Of a DNA stretch of 64,000 bases, positions 41,695-52,431 are shown one piece after another. Below the pieces are notes generated by a model. It made no database searches and was not told the origin of the DNA. It saw nothing but the letters and a program-made list of their open reading frames with translations. Every line of letters begins with the position of its first letter. Within the stretch, counting starts at the first letter, position 1. The stretch is from Pseudogymnoascus verrucosus (taxonomy: Eukaryota): assembly GCA_001662655.1 (NCBI GenBank), contig KV460212.1. One strand, written 5' to 3'. The position numbers and the translations under genes were made by a program.

Positions 41695-41754
41695 TCTAGG
41701 TGGCATATTGCTACGAGCCCATAGGTATGGGCTCGTAGCAATATGCCACCTAGA
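41695..41754. repeat. Perfect inverted repeat, 29-bp arms with a 2-nt spacer
   Basis: tctaggtggcatattgctacgagcccata-gg-tatgggctcgtagcaatatgccacctaga. Confidence 0.97.
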
Positions 41755-41960
41755 GCCAACTCCATGATAAACGAGAGTAGGTAGCTGAGTGAATTTAAAT
41801 GAAGGGCGGTATAACTCGTAATAAATCTCGCCTACTGATCATATTCACAGGCAGCGTGGAAGTGAATTATTATACAACACTCTGTTACCTTAGCTTATTC
41901 TTTCAACCCCAACCTCTCAGCGTGACAACAACTACAACATCATCCCGATTGGATTCCAAC

Positions 41961-42762
41961 ATGGGTAGCAGCACTCAGACTGGTGCAGCTCCTGCGTCTC
42001 GCGGTTCCAAAAACCGTAAACGTCCCCGCGAGGTCAAAGATGAGATCAATAACGAGATAAAGGATGAAGATGAAGATTCCAGCGCCCTCCCCACTCACTG
42101 TCACCGTCGTCGTCGCCATCGCAACTCTCGTTCTCGCACTCCCTCTCCATCTCCAAGTCTCGGAGGAAACGAAAACACGCCCGAGGAGGAAGATATCTCT
42201 CCGGATGACCTCCCCGCCAACCTCGACCGACACGCATGCCTGCGCTGTGTCAAATTTCTTGCTTCCGAACCAGCCTTCGAGTGTGAATTTCCTGCGCGCT
42301 CGATAAAGTGCACTCGCTGCACCCGTCTCAACAGCAAGTGCGAGCCAGTGAGTACCCTGTACCCTCTATTTATTGTTCTGTATTGTTCTGAAGGGTAACC
42401 CTCCGGTGTGGTAGATCCCCGCCTTCGCCGATGCAGAAGCGCGTCGCATTCTAAGCCTGCAGACCAAATACGAACATTCGCCCCCCTGCGAGGTAGGGAA
42501 TCTGCGTGACCGCGTGGTGGCTGCTGCTGAGGCTTTTTCGGTCTCGGTCCGCATGGAGGCACAGCGCCGCCCGAAAACTCTGATGGAAATCAACCTTGCG
42601 ATTTTGCGTAGCCAAGAGGAGATTGTTGTGCTTCTTCGCGGAATTAAGGTCAGTGTCTATCTCTTCTTTCCTCGTTGGGCCGTCACTGACGTTTGGCAGG
42701 CAGAGTTGACTGCCCAGGGTCGGGAAGAGAAAAGGAAGGGGAAGGGAAAGGGGAGAGATTAG
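41961..42762 (+). CDS. Hypothetical protein with atypical Cys6 cluster (3 exons)
   Basis: Basic/RS-rich N-terminus, CLRC-x11-C-x8-CTRC-x6-C, helical C-terminus. Introns approx. 42348-42414 and 42649-42699. Confidence 0.65.
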
Positions 42763-44011
42763 GTTGGGGTATTCTGCCGCTGGTCTTGTGTCGTAGCACT
42801 TGCTTTTTCGTGCCGGCTCTTGCCATTTGTGTTGCCTGCGGGCGTGGGCTTTCGCCCTTGGGCTGGGTTATTAACTACATTGTTTATGGACGGAAGAGAT
42901 AATGCTGACGAGGAAGGATTTCCCCAAGACCTCCGGCTGATGTGTAACTTGCAATCCCAGCCATCGCATATGCGCCACCGTGATAACATCGCTTCCATCC
43001 CCGTTGACAAACACGGCCTTACCCCAAACATATCCCCCCTTCAGTCCACCCCACCACCACCGCAGCAACTATATCTTCTCCACTTTTGACCCTTAGGACC
43101 CTTGGCATCTTGGCCGACGATGTTCCCCAACAGTCAGGTCATACGGCCTTCACTTAAGTCTTCCTTGATTTGGAACGGCGCGATTGATGTGAGAAAGGGA
43201 AATACTCTGAGCTCAGCCCATAGTTGACATACGACGTCGTCGAACTTCCGGATGAAGCTAGTCCATACTATATTTGTTAACGATGCCCAACTGCCGCAGT
43301 GGCGCACCACCTTAAATTCAGGGTAGCCGAGTGCTGAGTATCTGACAGATGCAAACAGAACAAATTATCGTTCTAACTCCAGTAGGTACACACCGAGGCA
43401 AAGGCGCGGCTCGTGCTATCAGCACTAACAAGCTTCCTGTTGTGGAATTTAAAGATTCTGACGAGTGAATCCCCCGCAAAACAACCGGAGACGATCCATT
43501 TGAGGAAAGAGCTCTGGTCTAAACGCTTGGCGGGGTTCTCTTGGCGACTACAGTGGTCACAACGGACTTGCCTCACTCACCCAACAACCCCGTGCCTGCC
43601 AAGCAGCCTCGCGCACGCGATCTGGCGTTGTAACGTCCCTCCTGCCTTTATGCGATTAGGTTATCAGTTCTGGGCATGGTGGGTGCGGTGACGGAGCCAG
43701 TAAGTGCATCTCGTTCTGTCAGCTGTGAGTATGGATCGCCGGCCCTACGGCCTCGTTTTTGCTTCGGCGTCCGTACGTGCATCTCTTTCGTAGATTGCAA
43801 TGAATGATCATCGCATCTACCGCCGGGTTTTGCTTAGGTCGATGACCCTACATAGCCGTCAGGATGTGCTGGGGATGGGGCTATAGTTCCGTAGTGTTAT
43901 GGGCAATGGGTATATAAGGCTGGGAAGTCAGGCCATTGCCCGCCATCTCTCTACTCCCATATCCACGAGACGTTGCTTGCTTTGTTCCGATCCTCAAGAT
44001 ACCCCGCCATC

Positions 44012-45515
44012 ATGAAGCTCTCTATCATTGCAGCTCTGGGTGTCGCCACCTTGGTCACCAGCAGGAGCATCAAGACCGCCAACCATGTGGCCATGGAGCG
44101 GTTGATGGACATGAAGGTGTCGTCCCGTGAGAAGCTCCGCAACGACGGGTACTTCGCGGCTGGGAAGTGGAAGTCCACCAAGAAGGTGCAGGCCTGTACC
44201 AATGGCAAGGCTGGCGAGTACAGTTGTAACGGCGTGGACCTACAGGCCTTTGCGAGCCACGAAGACTTGGGAAGCAAGACGAAGGAAGGCAATGATATCT
44301 GGGGTATGTCTTTTGACTAAGTTGGGCTTTACGGGTAGCTGACTGAAATACTATCTAGGCTGGACATCAGACGATGGCCGTGAGTTTGCTGCCGTTGGGC
44401 AGACCGACGGAACCGCCTTTGTGGAGGTCACCAAGGATGGCCAGATCAAGTACTTGGGCAGACTCCCCACCCAGACAGCGAATAGCATTTGGCGTGACAT
44501 GAAGGTCGTTGATGGATATGTCTACATTGGATCTGAAGCTCCAGGGCACGGCCTGCAAGTCTTTGACCTTCGTAAAGTATATCAGCCCTGGGAACGAGTT
44601 GACGGTATAATATTCTAACGGCACTACTAGCTTCTAACGGTCACCAAGCCGACAGTCTTTGATATCAAGAAGGATCTCACGGCGTGGTTCCAGGGCTTCG
44701 GCAGCTCCCACAACATCGTTTCGCACGAGGAGGCCAACATGATCTACGCTGTCGGTACTGGACGTAACACGTCATGCAAGGGTGGCCTCTTCATGGTCGA
44801 TGTCTCAGACCCTGCGAACCCCACATCGCCCGGCTGCGCGAGCGAAGACGGATACGTGCATGATGGTGAGCCCTTAACCCCCCACGCAAAGCCCAGTCTA
44901 ACTCTCCCAGCTCAATGCGTCATCTACAAGGGCCCAGACTCCCAGTACAATGGAAAGGAGGTTTGCTTCAACTACAACGAAGACACCCTCACCATCGTGG
45001 ACGTGACCGACAAGTCCGCCCCTAAGCAGATCTCTAAGACTCCATACTCGGGCTCCTCCTACACCCACCAGGGCTGGATCATCGATCCAGAGAACATGGC
45101 GTACCTCCTCCTCGACGACGAGCTCGATGAGATGGACAAGACCGGTGCGGCCGCAAACGGCCACACCACGACGTACATCTTCGACGTCAGCACCCTCGCC
45201 AAGCCAGCCTACAAGGGACTTTACCAGTCGCCAGTCAAGTCTATCGACCACAACCAGTACATTATCGATGGTCTGTCTTACCAATCTAACTACGGCTCCG
45301 GACTGCGCATCGTCGATGTTAGTTCCGTTACTCAGGACCCTACCGGCAAGGGATTCAAGGAGGTGGGCTTCTTTGATTGCCACCCTGAGGATGATGCGGT
45401 TGGTGGTGAAGTCGAGTTCTTTGGCTCGTGGAGCGTGTACCCATACTTCAAGAGCGGATATATCCTGTTGAACAGCATTGAGAGGGGTCTGTACTCGCTG
45501 AAGCGCAGTGCATAA
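44012..45515 (+). CDS. Secreted choice-of-anchor B family/LVIVD-repeat protein (multi-exon)
   Basis: Signal peptide; CTNGKAGEYSCNGVDL, GNDIWGWT, SIWRDMKV, HGLQVFDL, DGYVHDAQC, YTHQGW, IDHNQY, GSWSVYPYFKSG. Confidence 0.8.
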
Positions 45516-45810
45516 ATTAGGCTATGTAGGTTTGGGGTGTTGTGGAGGTTATGAGGAAGGGGTGAGCTATGTTTGTTTACATATTGGAAAAAGGCCCTGT
45601 CTATGAATATCTACGATATATGATTGAATATACAATTACTTCATGTATTATAGTGGACTACATTTATGCAGACTTCATGTGTCTTCACGTGATCCAACAG
45701 CGAGTTTGTGTTTCATGCTGGAGCCTGGAGTTGTTGGTTGGTTGTTGGTTGCGGGTAAGAGCATCTCAGCTTTATACTGCCAGTCTGCTAAATAATCTCA
45801 TCAGTTAGCA

Positions 45811-46653
45811 ATGTCCAAGTCCACCGCAAACCAGCCCGAGCCCTTCATCGTCCTCCCAACATCCACACACACACACACCCTCATCCTCCTCCACGGCCTC
45901 GGCAACAACGGCCAAAAGTTCGGCACCAAGCTCCTCTCAACAGGCATCTCCTCCAAAGGACTTACATTCACCTCCGCCTTCCCCGGCACAAAATTCATCT
46001 TCCCCAACGCCCGCAAACGGCGCTCGAGCGCCTTCCGCCGCGCAGTGATAAACCAATGGTTCGATATCGCTTCTGTAGCGGACCCGTCACATCGCAGGGA
46101 TACGCAGGTGCAGGGCTTGGTGGAGTCGGCGGAGCATGTACGGTCTATTATTGCGGAGGAGCTGGAGACGATTCCAAGGGGGAATATTGTGCTGGGGGGG
46201 TTGAGTCAGGGGTGTGCGATGTCGATGGCTGCTCTTCTGAGTCTGGAGTTTCCGTTAGGTGGGTATTTTGGGATGAGTGGGTGGTTGCCGTTTAGGGAGG
46301 ATATTGAGGATGTTGTGGCGCCGGTTAAGGAGGAAGATAATCCTTTCGCTGATGATGAGGCAGATGGGGAGGTGATAGAGCCGCCGCTTATGGCGGTCGG
46401 TTTGGTGAGGGATATCTTGTCGCTGGATACTGCGACGCCGAGTAAAGAGAGGACGAGCTTGACAACGCCGGTTCTCTTGTGCCATGGGGAAGATGATGAG
46501 AAGGTGAAGTGCAAGCTAGGAGAGGAGGCTGTCCAGTGCCTCTCCTCACTTGGTATGCAGGTGACTTGGAAATGCTATGCGGGGTTGGGGCATTGGTATA
46601 AGATTCCAGATGAGATTGACGATATATTTGAATTTCTTGAAGCAATACTATAA
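45811..46653 (+). CDS. Phospholipase/carboxylesterase (acyl-protein thioesterase-like alpha/beta hydrolase)
   Basis: THTLILLHGLG, QWFDI, GGLSQG nucleophile, HGEDDEKV, GLGHWY. Confidence 0.88.
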   Translation: MSKSTANQPEPFIVLPTSTHTHTLILLHGLGNNGQKFGTKLLSTGISSKGLTFTSAFPGTKFIFPNARKRRSSAFRRAVINQWFDIASVADPSHRRDTQVQGLVESAEHVRSIIAEELETIPRGNIVLGGLSQGCAMSMAALLSLEFPLGGYFGMSGWLPFREDIEDVVAPVKEEDNPFADDEADGEVIEPPLMAVGLVRDILSLDTATPSKERTSLTTPVLLCHGEDDEKVKCKLGEEAVQCLSSLGMQVTWKCYAGLGHWYKIPDEIDDIFEFLEAIL

Positions 46654-46950
46654 TTAAATCCGTGGAATACATATGAGAGCCTTACGTGCTTGGCAGATTA
46701 CATCACTTGTATACCACACAACCCGATTTTATAGCTGCATTTATAGAGTTACTATTATCCATGGACATTAGAAATGTGTTACTCTAGTACATGAAGATGT
46801 TTCTGCATTTTGATTTCTTCTCTTATATTCTCTTCTAGGCTAGGCTGGTATGGGAGATACCCCTCCACGAGCCCAATTTAACCGCTCAAGGTTGCTGGAT
46901 TCAGTATCTCTATTGAGCATCGTCGAAGTCTCGCCCATAGCCATTTAAAT

Positions 46951-48254
46951 ATGGACGAAGCCCAAATGTTAGGGAATTGATTAAACCCCGTATAATCACC
47001 TACTAACATTTGTCGAAAATCTCTAGTAATCGCGGCTCTGACTCCAGCGCGTCTTTCGACTCCCTCGAATTCCCCGAACTTGTTAAGCCAAATGAACGCA
47101 TCGTCAAATTGAACCAAGAAGTTCTTGAAATCCTCCAGGCTGCGCTTAAGCTTAATCCTGAGATGAACCTACTTGCAATCTTCCCAGAGGACTATAGCCA
47201 GCGCAGACAGGGCAAGCTTGCTGCATCTACAGCAAGCGGCGCAGAGTACAAAATAAAAAAGTTGCCACCTCCTCCACCTATCCGACCCCAACCCCCTTTA
47301 GGTTCTCGGGACTTCTGTGCCGATGCTATCGCATTGTCGAAAACTGCGATAGTTATACACCCGCTGTCTGACGAAGCGATAGCATTTTTGTCTAATTTTC
47401 TAGAACCACTTGAGTCCTCCCAAGTACTACTAGACTCTTCAGATAGCCTTATGAAGGCTATAAAGCGGATGCTCGCCCAGCCGGATAAATTGTGGGAAGA
47501 TCCTATAAGAGGCGTTGTGCTTAAATGCAATGACGATCTTCCTGTCAAAGTCGTTCGAGGCTACAATGATCACACAGAATACACATCGATGCAATACCTA
47601 GCTAAACATGCACCTGATATACCCGCCCCAAAGCCACATGGGTTTATAAAGTTAGGCAGGATCCATGTCATTTTTATGACTCTTATACCGTCTATAACTT
47701 TAGAGAAGGTGTGGGACAACCTTACAGACAGAAATAAGACATCGATCCAACACGAGCTAAACGAAATATTTCTCAAGCTCCGCAAACTGAAAAAGAACAG
47801 CGCACAACGACTCGGTGGTTTGGATGGGGAGGGCGTGAAGAATGATTTCATGTTTGGACATCGAAGTAGCGAGGTTATGACGACAGCCGCTGAGTTCGAA
47901 GACTTTCAATTCTCAGCATGTCCCCGAGCAAGCAAAGCATGGGTCACCTTCCTCCGCAGCTTCCTGCCTGTCCAATCCGAGGATTGCGTCTTCACTCATG
48001 GCGACGTGTGGATGGCTAATATCATGGTTAAGCTCGACGACAGCAGCAGCAATTACACTCTATCCGGCTTGATTGACTGGGAAAACAGCGGCTTCTACCC
48101 AGAAAGTCAGGAATCGATTTGGATGCTATCTGGGCTAACGAGATACACCGAAACTGACTGGTATAAACATGTACCCCCATGTGTCTCCCCGAAAAGATAT
48201 ACGGTCCATTGGCTTGTCCACCGGCTTTGGAGCCACACAGTAGACAGCACATAA
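46951..48254 (+). CDS. Aminoglycoside-phosphotransferase/kinase-like protein (2 exons; intron approx. 46968-47026)
   Basis: ATG at 46951, GT donor, TACTAAC branch at 47001, TAG acceptor. Motifs PVKVV, EYTSMQYL, IPAPKP, VFTHGDVWMANIMV, GLIDWENSGFYP. Confidence 0.8.
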
Positions 48255-48502
48255 TTGATTTGAGCGTTATGGGGGTCGTCGAAGAACGAAGCGTTTCTCT
48301 GATTATTCTAGTCTACAACTATAGGGGTATGGCCGTTCGTAAAAATGACGAATTCTAAGCTAACGAAAAAATGACATTGAAATATATGAAACCCGACGAC
48401 GCTCAATCCGTCACAAACGCTAAATTTGAATCCGAGATGGTATATAAAAAAAAATATGATAAATACAACTTCCTAAACCCTATTTGCTTGCTCCTCCCCT
48501 TC

Positions 48503-50965
48503 CTATGTGGCAGACCTACTATTGCAGAACTGACAACGAGCATGCGCAAAATGCCAGTCTCGTACTTTCTTCGCCTCACTCCTTCGGGCTGCATCCTGCT
48601 CGCCTAATGGCAACAGCCCAATCTTCTCTTCTGTATTCTTCGACCGACGATGAAGCTCATTATGCCAATTACTCTCATGCTGCTCCCTTACATCAACAGC
48701 TGGCTTCCGCTTAGTTAGAAAGTTTCGGAAAGAGAAACCTTCAGAAATGTAGATCTTGAACTCGAATTGCTGCTGACGTTTCCCGAATTGTCGACTCCAT
48801 TTCGTAGGGGGGATGTCGAGCAGCTCTGGCCACTTGTTGAAGGCATCTCTATCATCGAGGAATTTCTGGCCGAAGACTACCTCGCATGGCAAGTGTTTGA
48901 CGACATGAAAAATCGTGTATAAATCATCATCCCCGTCTCTATGTGATGGGTCTGCACTCCCGTGACCATCAGGTTCGAGCGGCTCGTCGGTTGCAGGTGC
49001 GTGTGGTGATTGTTCAGGAAGATCCGACTCTGGCTCACGCCAATCCAAGGTAAGATTCGAGACGTAGACCTGCCCAAGAGTCTCTATCTTTTTGTTATTA
49101 CCAAGCAATATCGTGGTCCTAGCCTCTATGCGCGCATCAATCCGAAACCCTTCCCTCGCTGCGCATTCTAGGGACATGAGGTTAAGATCTGATCCAGTGT
49201 CGGCTACAGCCTCTAGTTTTCGCCCATCAATTGTGCATCGTATCCTGCTTCGGGGGGATCCAATCCACAGCAGTGACGGGATGTTGCTTATCTCAGCCGG
49301 GCAGTTCTCAAGCAGGTGTCTATACTTGGTGAGAATCTCGGCCTCCTTTAAGAACTTCATTCCCATAACCAGAGGGACCGGGCAGTCCTCTAGGACATAA
49401 AACCGACGTTTCTTCTGCCAAAGAGGGCTGCCTGGGAGCCCAACGGTTTCTAACACCCGTCCGATTGACCACACAATATCTCCATTTCCAACTTCGAATC
49501 GCTTTATGTCTTTGGTTTTTCGGCGAATACGGAATCCGTGCTCAACAGCGCAAGCTTTCGAAATGATGTTCTTTTCCGATCCAGAATCGGGACAGGTGAG
49601 ATGATCTTGGCCATTGATTCGGACTCGGAGAACCTTTCGTCTGTTCTCACGTGGTTTTGCATTTAGTGAGAATATACAGGGGTTCTCTCGATGTCGAAGG
49701 CCAACCGCCCCCTTGTGCTTGCTACCCCTTGGGCGTCCTTGACCTGTTAGACCTGCATATATCTCTTTTCCTTCTGTAACGAGTAGCCCCTGAGAAATAG
49801 GCATAATATCAAGCTGCGAGATACGTCTAGGCGGCTCTATCGGTTTACCTCGCTCGGTCCTAATAGAACTCTCACTATACGCCTTAGGGCTTCCGATCAG
49901 AGCGTGCTGGTGCTTGCTTAGAACGTCAGAGGCAAGCTTAGCGTGCTCAGCCGGAATGTCGGTTTGGTCGCTGCTAGCTTCACGGATCTTGTTTTTATTC
50001 CTGTTAAACAGGTTAGAGATGCCGCTATAGAAGCCGGCGCGAGGGCCGTAGCTGATCGCGACATCGATTTTGCAGCTGTCATCGTCACGGGTACTGTCTC
50101 GGTAGTTGCTATTGTGACTAGTATCGTCTCTGTAGTTGCTTGGCAAGTTGGAAGAGTCGCAGAGGTAGCTGTGGAGAGGGATATGGTTGTGCGTGACTTC
50201 GACGTGCGGCAGCCGCTGCCGCCACGGAAGACCGGCGGCGACCTTGAGGGGCTCGCCCGCAATATCAGCTTGGTGACGTGCGGAGCTAGGGAGATCATCT
50301 TCGTTGTTGATCAAGGGGTCGTGCAAGCTAGAGGAGTTATGGAGGTTGTCTTCGTGATTGGTTACCGAGTCGAAAGAGTCGGTGTAATGGCTAGCGGGAT
50401 GGGCCGATGGTAATTCGAGGTGTATCTCGCCATCGTCTTGGTCGTAAGGGGAGGAGAGGGATTCGTTGGGCTCAGGGACGAGGTCTTGGATTCGTGAGCT
50501 AACCACGGGGCCCGGCGGGTTGGAGGAAGCGAAGACAGACTCGCTAGGCGCAAGCTTGCCATTCACATGGTCGACAGGATTCGTGCTTTTGACCTTCCTG
50601 TACAATATAATGTCAGTCTTCGACCTCGTCCATTATCTGAATTAACATCCGAGGTAGCAAGCGCCAACTTAATAGCTCTTGCTAATGCCAGGGGGAGCTA
50701 TGGAAGGAGATATCAAATATACATACGCCGCTCTATAGCATACGTCCTCGTAGGCTTCCCTGTATCTCAAGAGTTTATCACTACTCGTAGGAAACCACCG
50801 GCTGTGGTTCTCTAAACAATGCTTCCATAGACTCTCTCGCGACGCATAATCCCCACAGTCGGGGTCATCAAAACAGTGTATGCAACTAAATGTGCCTTTG
50901 TGTCTCCGATTAACATAATCCAAGTGCTCTTTGAGGATGTGAGACTGTGTGTCCGCCTCACTCAT
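48503..50965 (-). CDS. Protein with N-terminal C2H2-like finger and two retropepsin-like aspartic protease domains (exons approx. 50965-50727, 50597-48503)
   Basis: Exon 1 has CIHC...HCLENH. Exon 2 has VRINGQDHLTCPDSGSEKNIIS...LVMGMKFL and CTIDGRKLEAVADTGSDLNLMS...VVFGQKFL. Confidence 0.75.
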
Positions 50966-51282
50966 CTTTTATAGCATGCATAGGCGTAAACAGGTCGTGG
51001 GACGGAAACATTAAGTTTGTAGAAACACAACAAAATGACAAGATCGATAGTCGAAAAGAGTTTTGACGTAACATACGGCCAATAGTATTGGACTCGAGTT
51101 GTCGGGCACAAGTATAGCTTTATGTTAAGGCGCAGCCGTCTTGGTTGGGCTGCAAGATGTGGCGTATCTAGCAAGGCTGCATGAGGTAGCACAGATGAAC
51201 TTCCATTTTCTCCATCACCATCTTCAAAGTCTCCCACCTCTCTCTTGCGGACCCAAACCCCGTTTCCGATGTAAAGCAGCAA

Positions 51283-52431
51283 ATGAATCAAGGCTATGAG
51301 CTGCCGCCCGCGAAACCCCTAAATGGCTTCCCTCGAGTAGCCCACAAACTCGCCTCGGACCCCGATAGAACGACTACGATATTCCGGCGCTTCGATCGGC
51401 TGTCAGCGAGGAATCTAATACTCCTCGAGGCGGAAGTGGCAGAGCTAGAGGCGCGGCAAGATCGATTCGATGAGGAGGATAAAATATCAACGTCGGAAGA
51501 AGTGCGGAGCTGTCATACTGAGTGGAGTACGTTTGAGCGTCTGGCAACGGAGAGAGATGCGGATGGGAACCCTACGAATCTGGGACAGGCTACGAAACTC
51601 GAACTTGCGTTGAAAATCAGGTCGAAAATAAAAGAGTATCATAAGCGCTCGTTCAATATCTAGGCGCAGATTCAAAGTTAACTCCGAGGAAATAGATGAA
51701 GCGCTCGCTGTCCACCAGACGCTGTTGAATTCTAAGCCGCCAGCTGCGACGACTATAAAGGGCATGAGAGAATGGTTCTTAGACACGCATAATGGGAAAC
51801 AGTACGGTGCGCCGCAGCTTTGGGGGGCTAGTGAGAAGAGATTCGATGATCCGTATGATCTCGTCGCTCTGCGCGTGCCAGCGGATCAAGACCGGCTCTC
51901 CGAGTTTATCTTAAACTATTTCGGCGGCTTCTTTCCGGTTCGTCCCTTCCTTTCGTAACACTCCTTCCACTTCTCCTACCTTCTAACGTTCCTTCCCCCC
52001 TTTCCCCTTCCCCTAACAACCCCCGACCCATCGAAAACCACAACAGATATACAGAACCAAAACTAACACTAACACCTACCCCCTAGGCAACATCAACAGA
52101 CCCCCACTCCTCCTACATCCGCGAATCCACCCTCGCCAAAACCATCGCCATCATCTCCTCCATCCTCTCCGCCATCCTCCTCTTCGGCTCCATCGCCTCC
52201 CTCTACTTCGTGCACAACGGCCTCGCCCTCCTCGGCATGTTGGGGGGCTGGACAGTCCTCTTCGCCGTCTGCGTCGGCTGGTTGACGAATGCGCGAAGGG
52301 ACCAGGTCTTTGCGGCGACGGCGGCGTATTGTGCCGTGCTTGTGGTTTTCGTTAGTGGGACGCTTGGAGGAGCGGCGGGAGGACAGGTGGTGGTGGGGGA
52401 GGGGGGGTGGAATTGTACGAGGGGAGGGTAG
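51283..52431 (+). CDS. DUF6594-like protein with C-terminal TM helices (3 exons; first donor reads AT, possibly a pseudogene)
   Basis: GFPRVAHKLASDPD...IFRRFDRLSARNLILLEAEVAELEARQ, KIKEY.EAL, DLVAL....DRLS, TM block ending FAATAAYCAVLVVFVS. Confidence 0.72.

Noticed and set aside
39635..48254. Nuclease-like plus kinase-like genes as a Spok-type meiotic driver
   Set aside because: Spok carries the nuclease and kinase in one chain. These are separate genes about 6 kb apart with unrelated genes between them.
39300..52431. Accessory block as Starship or other large mobile element cargo
   Set aside because: No tyrosine-recombinase captain, transposase or element boundary is visible in the window, and some genes in the block show the host codon gradient.
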